From Eledone cirrhosa (Eukaryota): a stretch of DNA of 64,000 nucleotides. Positions 1 to 11,672 of the stretch are shown here, piece after piece. Every line of letters starts with the position of its first letter. The first letter of the stretch is position 1. The position numbers were made by a program, and so were the translations under genes. Location of the stretch: NCBI GenBank assembly GCA_964016885.1, contig OZ024744.1:57474001-57538000 (forward strand). The letters run 5' to 3'. Below the pieces are notes generated by a model, which had not been told where the DNA came from, did not search any database, and worked only from the letters and a program-made list of their open reading frames with translations.

Positions 1-570
1 GATATATATATACAATATATACTATGGTTGGGTATATTGATATTTCATGTGATATATATATAATATATACTATAGTTGGGTATATTAGTATTTCATGTGA
101 TATATATATATACAGCATATACTATGGTTGGGTATATTGATATTTCATGTGATATATATATAAGATATACTATAGTTGGGTATATTGGTATTTCAAGTGA
201 TATATATATATATACTATAGTTGAGTATATTGGTATTTCATGTGATATATATATGATATATATTATAGTTGGGTATATTGGTGTTTCATGTGATATATAT
301 ATATATATACTATAGTTGGGGATATGGCATTTCATGTGATATATATATATATATACTATAGTTGGGTATATTGGTATTCCATGTGATATATATCTAATAT
401 ATACTATTGTTGCATATATTGATATTTCATGTGATATATATATAATATATACTATGGTTGGGTATATTGGTATTTCATGTGATATATATCTATATATATA
501 CTATAGTTGGGTATATTGATATTTCATGTGATATATATATATACTATAGATGGGTATATTGATATTTCAT

Positions 571-623
<53 letters not shown>

Positions 624-1547
624 TATAATTGGGTATATTGATATTTCATGTGATATATATATATAATATTTGCTATAGTTGGGTATATTGGTATTTCATG
701 TGATTATATATATAATATATACTATAGTTGGGTATATTGATATTTCATGTGATATTTATATATATACTATAGTTGGGTATATTGGTATTTCATGTGATAT
801 ATATATAATATATACTATAGTTTGGTATATTGATATTTCATGTGATATATATATAATATTTACTATAGTTGGGTATATTGGTATTTCATGTGATATATAT
901 ATATATATACTATAGTTGAGTACATTGGTATTTCATGTGATATATATATACTATAGTTGGGTATATTGATATTTCATGTGATATATATATATAATATACT
1001 ATAGTTGAGTATATTGGTATTTCATGTGATATATATATAATAGATACTATAGTTGTGTATATTGGTATTTCCTGTGATATATATAATATATACTATAGTT
1101 GGGTATATTGATATTTCATGTGATATATATAATATACATTATAGTTGGGTATATTGGTATTTCATGTGATATATACATATATAATACAGTTGGGTATATT
1201 GGTATTTCATATGATATATATATATACACAATATATACTATGGTTGGCTATATTGATATTTTATGTGATATATAATATATACTATAGTTGGGTATATTGG
1301 TTTTTCTTGTGATATATATATACAAATATATACTATGGTTGGGTATATTGATATTTCATGAGATATATATATAATATATACTATAGTTGGGTGTATTGAT
1401 ATTTCATGTGATATATATATATACTATAGTTGGGTATATTGGTATTTCATGTGATATATATATAATATATACTATAGTTGGGTATATTGGTATTTCATGT
1501 GATATATATATATATATATACTATAGTTGGGTATATTGGTATTTCAT

Positions 1548-1594
<47 letters not shown>

Positions 1595-3983
1595 TATAGT
1601 TGAGTATATTGGTATTTCATGTGATATATATAATATATACTAAAATTGGGTATATTGATATTTCATGTGATATATACATATATACTATAGTTGGGTATAT
1701 TGGTATTTCATGTGATATATATATATACTATTGTTGGGTATAATGGTATTTCCTGTGATATATATAATATATACTATAGTTGGGTATATTGATATTTCAT
1801 GTGATATATATAATATATACTATAGTTGGGTATATTGGTATTTCATGTGATATATACATATATACTATAGTTTGGTATATTGGTATTTCCTTTGATATAT
1901 ATAATATATACTATAGTAGGGTATATTGATATTTCATGTGATATATATAATATATACTATAGTTGGGTATATTGGTATTTCATGTGATATATATAATATA
2001 TACTATAGTTGGGTATATTGGTATTTCATGTGATATATATACAATATATACTATAGTTGGGTATATTGGTATTTCATGTGATATATATACATGTATACTA
2101 TAGTTGGGTATATTAGTATTTCATGTGATATATATATAATATATACTATAGTTGGGTATATTGGTATTTCAAATGATATATATACAATATATACTATAGT
2201 TGGGTATATTGTATTTCATGTGATATATATATAATATATACTATTGTTGTGTATATTGATATTTCATGGGTATATTGATATATAATATATACTATAGTTG
2301 GGTATATTGTATTTCATGTGATATATATACATATACTATAGTTGGGTATATTGGTATTTCATGTGATATATATATATATACTATAGTTGGGTGTATTGAT
2401 ATTTCATGTGATATATATATAATGTACACTATAGTTGGATATATTGTATTTCATGTGATATATATATATACTATAGTTGGGTATATTGGTATTTCATGTG
2501 ATATATATATAATATTTACTATGGTTGGGTATATTGGTATTTCATGTGATATATATATACTATAGTTGGGTATATTGGTATTTCATGTGATATATATATA
2601 ATATATACTATAGTTGGGTATATTGATATTTCATGTGATATATATATATAATATATACTATAGTTGGGTATATTGATATTTCATGTGATATATATATATA
2701 TATATACTATAGTTGAGTACATTGGTATTTCATGTGATATATATATACTATAGTTGGGTATATTGATATATCATGTGATATATATATAATATATACTATA
2801 GTTGGGTATATTGGTATTTCCTGTGATATATATAATATATACTATAGTTGGGTATATTGATATTTCATGTGATATATATAATATACATTATAGTTGGGTA
2901 TATTGGTATTTCATGTGATATATATATAATATATACTATAGTTGGGTATATTGGTTTTTCATGTGATATATATATACAATATATACTATGGTTTGGTATA
3001 TTGAAATTTTATGTGATATATATATAATATATACTATAGTTGGATATATTGAAATTTCATGTGATATATATATATATATACTATATTTGGGTATATTGGT
3101 ATTTCCTGTGATATATATATATATACTATAGTTGGGTATATTGGTATTTCATGTGATATATATATAATATATACTATGGTTGGGTATATTGATATTTCAT
3201 GTGATATATATATACTATAGTTGGGTATATTGGTATTTCATGTGATATATATATGATATATACTATAGTTGGGTATATTGATATTTCATGTGATATATAT
3301 ATATAATATACACTATAGTTGGGTATATTGGTATTTCATGTGATATATATATACTATAGTTGAGTATATTGGTATTTCATGTGATATATATATAATATAT
3401 ACTATAGTTGGGTATATTGGTATTTCATGTGATATATATATACTATAGTTGGGTATATTGGTATTTCATGTGATATATATATAATATATACTATAGTTGA
3501 GTATATTGGTATTTTATGTGATATATATATATATATACTATAGTTGGGTATATTGGTATTTCATGTGATATATATATAATATATACTATAGTTGGGTATA
3601 TTGATATTTCATGTGATATATATATATATACTATAGTTGGGTATATTAGAATTTCATGTGATATATATATATATATATATATACTATAGTTGGGTATATT
3701 GATAATTCATGTGATATATATATAATATATACTATAGTTGGCTATATTGGTATTTCATGTGATATATAATATATACTATAGTTGGGTATATTGATATTTC
3801 ATGTGATATATATATAATATATACTATAGTTGAGTATATTGGTATTTCATGTGATATATATATATACTATAGTTGGGTATATTGGTATTTCATGTGATAT
3901 ATACATATATACTATAGTAGGCTATATTGGTATTTCATGTGATATATATAATATATACTATAGTCTGTATGTTGGCATATCCT

Positions 3984-4018
<35 letters not shown>

Positions 4019-4422
4019 TATAGTTGAGTATATTGGTATTTCATGTGATATATATATCTATATACTATAGTTGGTTATATTGGTATTTCCTGTGATATAT
4101 ATAATATATACTATAGTTGGCTATATTGGTATTTCATGTGATATATATAATATATACTATAGTTGGGTATATTGGTATTTCCTGTGATATATATAATATA
4201 TACTATAGTTGGCTATATTGGTATTTCATGTGATATATATAATATATACTATAGTTGGGTATATTGATATTTCATGTGATATATATATAATATATACTAT
4301 AGTTGGGTATATTGGTATTTCATGTGATATATACATATATACTATAGTTGGCTATATTGGTATTTCATGTGATATATATATATATACAATATATACTATG
4401 GTTGGGTATATTGGTATTTCAT
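1..4422. repeat. Tandem satellite: ~31-bp core ACTATAGTTGGGTATATTG(G/A)TATTTCATGTG separated by variable (AT)n/ATAAT spacers, roughly 90 units; runs off the window start
   Basis: Core recurs about every 40-60 bp. One more degenerate unit lies at ~4932-4965. Confidence 0.97.
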
Positions 4423-4457
<35 letters not shown>

Positions 4458-4517
4458 GTGTGTGTGCGTGAGAGTGCATTTATATATATATGTATGTTAT
4501 ATATATATATATATACA

Positions 4518-4900
4518 TTTTTTTTATTTCTAAGGCGGGTAAAATTCCCGAGATCCATGGATGAGTTCTCTCCAGCGGTCTCTGTCCCTCATTATCGCTG
4601 CCATGACCTGCGGCTCCAACAGACCAGTGTCTGTCCTTAGGGCATTAACATACGTTAACCTTGGTCTTCCTCTTCCAGTGTATCCATGTTGGGGGTCCCA
4701 CAGGAGCACTGACCAAGAAATTCACTCAGATGCTGGATGGGTGCTACACGAGAATGCTGAGGATGGCTCTGAACATTAATCAGTATACACTGAGGATGAA
4801 AAACTCAGAGCTGTATGGGAGGCTCCCAAAAGTCAGCTCAAAAGTGACACAGAGGAGACTGAGGTTAGCTGGACATGCTCACCGACATCCAGAGTTGACA
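4518..4900 (-). mobile_element. 5'-truncated, 5'-inverted RTE-clade LINE insertion
   Basis: Minus strand 4710-4530 reads VLLWDPQHGYTGRGRPRLTYVNALRTDTG...MRDRDRWRE...* then an A-rich tail. Plus strand 4706-4900 reads ALTKKFTQMLDGCYTRMLRMALNI...RRLRLAGHAHRHPELT, the segment that normally precedes it. Confidence 0.88.
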
Positions 4901-5070
4901 TATATATATATATATATATATACACATTGTACACTATAGTTGAGTATATTGTTATTTCATTTGATATATATAAAAATATATATATATGAAAATTTGACAC
5001 CTTGCCCATGTCATATATATATGTGTGTGTGTGTGTATGTATGTATGTATTAAAATATTGATTAATACGT

Positions 5071-5453
5071 AAAGTTATTAATCATATTGTCTGACAAAAG
5101 TATAGGTTAACCAACGTGCTACAGATAGTCAGCTCTACTAATATAAAATTTAAGAAATTTCATTAGGAGCAGTAACATAATAATTCAAGGGTATGAGATT
5201 GTCTAGACAAATGTATCCACATTATGTGTGTTTGTATGATTATATATGCGCAATGATATAAGATCTACTCCAATTTACTGTTAGGAGCAGACATATATGT
5301 ATTAAAATATCTTTCCCTTGAATTATTAGTTTATTGCTCCTAATGAAATTTCTTAAATTTTATATTAACAGCGCTGACTTTAGGTTCTAATAGTGTCTGT
5401 CTGTAGCAGTTTGGTTAACTTATACTTTTGTAAGACGATATGATTAATACTTT
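5071..5453. repeat. Inverted repeat / foldback (arms ~120-140 bp), MITE-like or Penelope-end-like
   Basis: 5071-5191 is the reverse complement of 5315-5453 (e.g. TAAAATTTAAGAAATTTCATTAGGAGCA vs TGCTCCTAATGAAATTTCTTAAATTTTA), with one ~20-bp indel. Confidence 0.85.
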
Positions 5454-5916
5454 CACATACTAGCAGAAAAACCACTCGAAGGGTGTTTTCTGCTAGTATG
5501 TGTAGTGTGCATATTGATATTATACGCATGTAGATATGATACATCAAATAAAATCGTAATTGATAATATACACAGAAATTGAATGAAGACTGCATTACAC
5601 TGTCTTATGTAATCAGTAACGTAATCCATGATACATTTAAAAAAGACGATATTATATATAAACTGCATTAGGAGAAAATTAGTGACGGAAATATATGAAT
5701 GTTTATTTAAGCAATCGCTAACCGGAAATGTTGAAAATTTTAAAGAAGTGAATCTTTAAATAAGTAATAAAATATATTTAATGAACAGCCACGAAATTTA
5801 GTAGATAAATTATGTAATATTCATTCATTATTTATTCAAAGTAATCCAACTTATTTTACAAATGGGGTAAAAAAATATATTCTGGATGCAGTCCCACACT
5901 CCTTACTTTATTATAG

Positions 5917-6122
5917 TTTAGATTTACGCTAAGGTTGATGGGCAACCAGAAACAAATCAAATTCCAAGTGCTTACCAATGTGTTCGAACATGGAAGAGAT
6001 AAACGCGCACTGTCATCACTCGCTCTCCCCATCTCTCTGTATTATGAGCAAATGGGGTGCCATGTGCTAGCCGCCCCACAGCCCTGGCAGACAGAATGGA
6101 GAAGGCGTTTCCCCGGAGGATG
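5917..6122 (+). CDS. Candidate internal coding exon of an unidentified host gene
   Basis: Pyrimidine tract and AG at 5915-5916, open frame FRFTLRLMGNQKQIKFQVLTNVFEHG...QPWQTEWRRRFPGG, GTAAAG donor at 6123. Non-repetitive and GC-richer than its flanks. No family recognised. Confidence 0.25.
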
Positions 6123-6178
6123 GTAAAGGAAATGTGTGTGAATATACTTTTACTATTAATCAATATTTTAATACATAT

Positions 6179-6711
6179 GGAGTAGGCAGACCCAGAAAAC
6201 TTGGGACGATTTGATAAATTCCAACCTCACACACTTACACCTCTCTAAGACAATGTCACTGGACTGAGATCTTTGGTGCTATGCAGTAATACAGAAGACC
6301 CTCCTTGCTTATGTACACAGCAAAACCTACAGTCAGTAGACACCTCTTAACCAAATATACACCCCCATCCCACTACCCTTACTCCATCCTCCCATTCCCC
6401 CCTTTCTCTGTAAAGCTATGTTGGTACCACAACATCCAGTCCTAAATAAATGAGGTCGTGTAGGTGTCACGACAAAAAAACACACAGTCCACGCTGTAAT
6501 GTGGCTGTGTAGGTAACACGGTAAAAACCTCCCAGTCCACACTGTAAATGTGGTTAGTGTTAGGAAGGGCATCCAGCCGTAGAAAACCTGCCAGACAGTC
6601 CTATATGAGCGAGACAACCAATCTTGCCTCAAGTGGGACAATTCCCATCTAAACCTATGCTAGCATGGAAGATAGACGTTAAACGATGATGGTGATGATG
6701 ATGATGATGAT
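6179..6711 (+). mobile_element. RTE LINE 3' fragment (family C): ORF end, long 3' UTR, (GAT)n tail
   Basis: Matches the reverse complement of 45895-46400. Carries the GTTAGGAAGGGCATCCAGC module and ends GCTAGCATGGAAGATAGACGTTAAAC-(GAT)n. Confidence 0.9.
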
Positions 6712-6984
6712 TTCTGCTCATAACAGCAAATTTTAGTAGAGTTGATTCTTTGTAGACAAAACGCACTGCCCTTTCTAGCATTCCCATTGCTTGTCTGTAT
6801 CCTCATATTATTACATTCCTCACCATGTGTGTTCAAATCCCATTTTGAATCTATGTTGACTGGTCATATATAATGCATTTAGTAAGATGAAAAATTCTAC
6901 TGATGATTGAGTGTTTCATCTTATGGTTCCATCAATTTCTCTTTCACTCATGAAACAGCTGTATAGAATATTGAAACCTCAACA

Positions 6985-7235
6985 TTGAGGTCGCAATGGT
7001 CAGCCCTGTTAAGAACTTTTGACTGATCTAAACATGGCAGAGCCTCTGCTATGTCAGATCTAAAATTCAGTCATTCTACATTGTATCAAATGGCGTAAAG
7101 ATCGTCATGGATGGAATCTGTCAGTAATTGCACAAAGTTTGTGAATACCTTGACGTACCAGCAAGTACCAGCTTCTTGTTGAGTACCTTTGCCAAAAAAT
7201 CTTCATCACCTGTGTGGAGCAGAGTGACAAGCTTG
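6985..7235 (-). mobile_element. Decayed L1/Tx1-clade reverse transcriptase fragment
   Basis: Frameshifted minus-strand motifs VTLLHT..KI(L)AKVLNKKL, (QT)CAI, SIHDDLYAI*YNVE and LDQSKVLNRADH resemble L1/Tx1 RT (ITLLN.D.KILAK, SIHDNL, LDQSKAFDRVDH). Confidence 0.6.
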
Positions 7236-7241
7236 AAGTAG

Positions 7242-7460
7242 AAATAAATAGTGGTTTCTACTTTTGGCACAAGGCCAGCAATTTTGGGGGGAGAGGAAAG
7301 TCGATTAAATCAACCCCAGTACATTACTGGTACTTTGTTTTATCAACCCCGTAAGGATGACAGACAAAGGTAACCTCAGCAGGATTTGAACTCAGAACAT
7401 AAAGGGCCATAACATTATGCCACTTAGCATGTTGTCCAATGCTCTACTGATTCTGCCAAG
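7242..7460 (-). mobile_element. tRNA-derived SINE
   Basis: Minus strand has a B-box-like GAGTTCAAATCC and the central TCATCCTTACGGGGTTGATAAA-AGTACCAG block. Same family at 50190, 51285, 51537 and 60838. Confidence 0.85.
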
Positions 7461-7736
7461 AACACTTTATAACAACAAAATGATAAAAAAAAAGAAAGAA
7501 AAATGAGAGAAAATCAGGGAGAAATGAGGAAAGATCAAACTCTAACCCTTTGCTGGGTGGTATATCACAGCTCCTGTACCCTACAGAAAACATGGCACAA
7601 GCGGTGCCACAGAGAACGACCAATGACACCCACTGCAATCAGTCATTCCATCCTCATGTGGTTTCTTCCTCAAGTGTGAAGCCTTCCTCCTGATTTGGCA
7701 GAGGAAGCTGGCAATGGCAGACTGGAAAAGAGGACA

Positions 7737-8001
7737 CCAATCCACCTCTCACTGCACTGGTATTTTATCTATCAACCCCAATCCACCTTTCCCTGGACTG
7801 GTACTTTATTTATCAAACCCAATCCATCTTCCCCTCGACTGGTACTTTATTTATAAACACAATCCACCTCTCACTGGGCTGGTACTTTATTTATCAACCC
7901 CAAAAGGATGAAAGGTACAATTGACCTCAGTGACATTGAAACTCAGAGTACAGTGAGCCAGAACAAATAATAGACCTTAATGACTCTGCCAATTCACCAA
8001 C
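7737..8001 (-). mobile_element. SINE of the same family with its 3' ~40-bp segment tandemly amplified four times
   Basis: Four units of CAATCCACCTYYC...CTGGTACTTTATTTATCAACCC at 7737-7900, then the SINE body and head. Confidence 0.8.
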
Positions 8002-8634
8002 TTTGAAAGCTCAATGAACGAATAATCAATGAACTGGTCATGTATTTTTATAATGAATCAATTTTTAACAAATAAGGTCGGGCGGGCCTTATAATTGTGT
8101 CAAAAACATGACAACATTTCTAGTGCTGGTGCCACAATAAAATGCACTTGGTAGAATGCAGAGCCATATGTAAGTGAGGTGTGAATCCCCTGGCCTGTCT
8201 GAGGGGTCAGTGGCCTTGCTTCACTACAGACTTGGTAAGTGAAGACTTCTCCAACCTTTACTAGCAGGGAAAGTAGATTAAATGGTGATGATAATATATA
8301 TATCATCATCATCAACGTCTGACAGCTATTTTCCATGCTCTAGCATGGATATATATACACACACATACATATATATATATATATACAATAAATTCACTTC
8401 TATGATACCATAAACATTTCTATAATTAACCAAAGTAAGTTTATAGATAGTAATTATGCAGCTAGATTGAATTATCCCTATTGAATATATTGATGAATTC
8501 TGTAGCCATCGATTATACTATATTGTGAGTTTTATACTAAATAATGTTTCTTGGCTTTGTAACAATGTCAAAAATAACACATAACATACCAAATGTTCGG
8601 ACATTCCATCCCATCATTGAAACACAACATATAT

Positions 8635-8667
<33 letters not shown>

Positions 8668-9590
8668 CTTTTGGTTTGTATGGTGGCCACCTTCCTTCAC
8701 GCAATTCACCGTAGAGAAGTTGCTTTGGAATAGGATCATCAGACACCCAGACCACATGTCCACACCACCTCAACTGGTGCTGAAAGAGCATGCTCTCTAT
8801 AGTCACGCACCTTCTCCGTTCAAGAAATTCCAAATCGCTGATGAACATTTTCCATTGCACCCCAATTATTTACAAAGAGATTGTTGGTGAAGCCTCTCCA
8901 GTTCCTTAAGGTGCTTTACATTTCACAAGCATAAAGCAAAGAGGAGAGGATACAAGTCTGATACACTTTTACCTTTGTTTCAATGGTGATACCTCGTTTT
9001 GACCACAAATGTTTATTCAGCCGTCCAAAAGGATCACTGGCTTTCTTGATTCACAAACCAAAAATGCAGTACCGGGACTATGCCAGCAGCACTTTGGCTT
9101 GTGCTGGAATTTCATCTGACAAATGGGAGAAAATAGCTGAGGAGAGTGTGAAGTGGAGTGTTTGATCATTGAAGGGAACACCAAACACTGACAAGGAAGA
9201 TGGGGAAAAGGGACTGTCCTGAACTGCCTGCTGTTGAGCAACATCTGGTTTGCCAGCACTGTGGTCGAGTCTGCCTGAGCAAAGCTGGTCTGAAAAGACA
9301 TGAACAAAGTCATATCAGTAGATCTCATGTAGATTATGAACATCATGATCTGAAAAGATGAGGGAATGTGGCAAGAAATGTCCAAGCATGGGAGGTCTTA
9401 AAAAACATATGAGAATGCACAGTCAGAACCAAGAAGTGGACAGTCCCAGAGGAGTCTACAGTTGCCATGTATGTGCCAGAGGATGCAAGTCTTTGGCGAT
9501 TTTGAAGAGCCACATTCGTGCCTCACATTTTTTAGCATTTTATCAGGTGATGGCAATGTTCAAATGAGAGTTTGCAGCCATCATACACAC
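8668..9590 (+). mobile_element. RTE/BovB-type LINE 3' portion with an inverted 5' part and C-terminal C2H2 zinc fingers
   Basis: Minus strand 9051-8668: RIKKASDPFGRL...TKVKVY...LLYACE...QLRWCGHV...PKQLLYGELREGRWPPYKPK. Plus strand from 9052: HKPKMQYRD...WEKIAE, then CQHCGRVCLSKAGLKRHEQSH, (x)RECGKKCPSMGGLKKHMRMH and CHVCARGCKSLAILKSHIRASH. Confidence 0.85.
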
Positions 9591-9605
9591 ACACATATAT
9601 ATATA

Positions 9606-11610
9606 TATGGCTTGAGGGGAGTTCTCAACCTAGGGTGTTGTTACTGCCCATATAGCTTGAGGGAGATCTGGCCGAGAGGTGTCTACATGTTCTGGAGAAG
9701 TCCATATAGCTTGAGGGGAGTTCACATCTTCTTGTGTTGCTACTGTCCATATATCTTGAGGAAGGTCCCCTTATTGAATGAATGGCGATGGTTGTATGAA
9801 TGGCCTCCTTATTGAATGAATGGCGATTGAGCTTTAAAGACCGCTGGTACAACCATCGCCATTCATTCAATAAGGAGGCCAAAAGGAAAAGCACGGCTCC
9901 CTCCGACCTGATCTGAAAGCTTAAGCTGGACAGGACCCCGTACTCTCTGGCCTGGTACATAATCAGGAAAGTACCACCCGATAAAGGGGGATCTTGCATA
10001 TGCAAACTATGCCTGAACGAGACCCTCGAGATACTAAGAGGTGGAAGCGGCCTGATAAACCTCAGAACCGACTTCTTCAGGACATGCAGACACCTTAGAG
10101 CCGTGATCTTCCTCAAAATATATGGACAGTAGCAACACAAGAAGATGTGAGCTCCCCTCAAGCTATAGGGACTTCTCCAGAACAAGTAGACACCTCTCGG
10201 CCAGACCTCCCTCAAGCTATATGGGCAGTAACAACACCCTAGGTTGAGAACTCCCCTCAAGCCATAGGGAACAACCCAGGCTGAGCAGACACCATGATAG
10301 CCTAGAGATTGTATCGGACACAGCCATTATAATTTGGCCAACATCTATATAACACAAACACTTTTAATTTACTTGATTTCTGATTTTCAATTTCCAATTT
10401 TAAATCTTAATTTTTCTTTATTAATTTGTTATTTGTTTTCTGTCCTCTTCACTGTATCACCTTATATTTATTTTTAAGTTGAGATTGATTATAACACAAA
10501 CACATTTTGTTTGATTATCTTATTCCTTTATTATTTTATTATTTTAACATCTTGTTCCTCATACCAATCTATCCAACATATTTCTGACCTTGAGATTGGT
10601 TATAGCACACACATACACTTTATCCTACTTTATTTGAATCTTCATTTTATTTTTCACTTCTCCATATTCATTTTCATTACTTTTTCACCAATTTTTCATT
10701 TATTCTTTATTCTCTATTTATTATTTATTTTCTGTTTTCTTCATTTATTGCCTTATATTTCTTCATATACATGGAAGAAACCCCCCACCCCACCCACCAC
10801 CACCACCACCACGGGAGATGGTGGCAGGAGGGATGAAAAAACACACACAGATACTTCTAAATTGTCAGCAGCAGCAAGACATAAGCTGACCACAACACCA
10901 ACAACACTACCGAAATAATGGTAGAGGTCAAATGTACTTAACAATAGCAAACACAAACACTACAGGGAGCCTCATCCCAGAAATAATTTTTTATAGACTT
11001 CTGACTGAGGAATGCTCTCAAAACTGGCCAATGGGAAGTTTGACATTTTTTTGTTATTTTGTTCCTTTACCACGTGTTCCTTCTACCACTTTATCAATAT
11101 TTTAAGCTAACTCCAACAATAACAACACTACCAACACAAGAATTGAGGTCAGATGTACCTAACAATAACAAGAACAACAACTACAGATTGGCTTGCCTCA
11201 GAATGAACTTCTATAGACTTTTGAATGAGGAATGTTCTAACAACTGACCAATGAGAGGAGAAGAGGCCCTTTGACACTGAAATTCGTTTGTTTGAATTCA
11301 TATGATTCCAGTTCCTCAGTGAAATAACAACCCAACCAGGAACTGGGCATATCAGAGTATTGACAAAATTATACACCTCAACAACATATGTACTTGTCTA
11401 TACCACACTAATTCGGACTGCCTGAAGAGGTCACAGCCAAAGATGGCTGTCACCGAAATATATATAGCAGTAATAAACGAAGCTAAATTTTAAACATTTG
11501 ACTTTTATTTTACTTTATTTTACATTACTCCAGAGTAACCAAACCAACCTGCGCACTTCGTTGAGTGCTCCAGCCTGCATACTGAGGTGTTGGTATACAA
11601 CCAACATATA
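9606..11610 (+). mobile_element. Penelope-like element 3' remnant: GIY-YIG endonuclease C-terminus, long 3' region, hammerhead ribozyme, inverted duplication at the 5' side
   Basis: Plus frame 9833-10131 reads FKDRWYNHRHSF...ST..SDLI*KLK...WYII...CKLCLNE...LINLRTDFFRTCRH, the PLE GIY-YIG C-terminal pattern. 9606-9767 is an inverted copy of 10105-10266. Hammerhead at 11417. The 3' extent is inferred from the ribozyme. Confidence 0.8.
11417..11471 (+). ncRNA. Type I hammerhead ribozyme (minimal, Penelope-type)
   Basis: Stem I ACTGC/GCAGT; core CTGAAGA; stem II GGTcACAGCCA-AAGA-TGGCTGTcACC; GAAA; palindromic stem III TATATA; cleavage triplet AUA. Confidence 0.88.
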
Positions 11611-11672
11611 CTCAAAATCTATCTCTCTCTCTATATATATATATAATATATATATATTATATATATATATCA

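Noticed and set aside
1-4422. CRISPR-like pattern of a constant ~31-bp repeat with variable spacers
   Set aside because: Spacers are only (TA)n slippage variants, not unique sequences. The context is eukaryotic and there are no cas genes.
76-4640. ORFs rich in YI/IVGYIG
   Set aside because: Translations of the satellite.
9358-9567. Stand-alone host C2H2 zinc-finger gene
   Set aside because: Collinear with the RTE thumb region, lacks TGEKP linkers and is followed by a LINE-like tail.
9625-10260. 211-aa minus-strand ORF
   Set aside because: Antisense to the Penelope GIY-YIG frame and extended by the inverted repeat.
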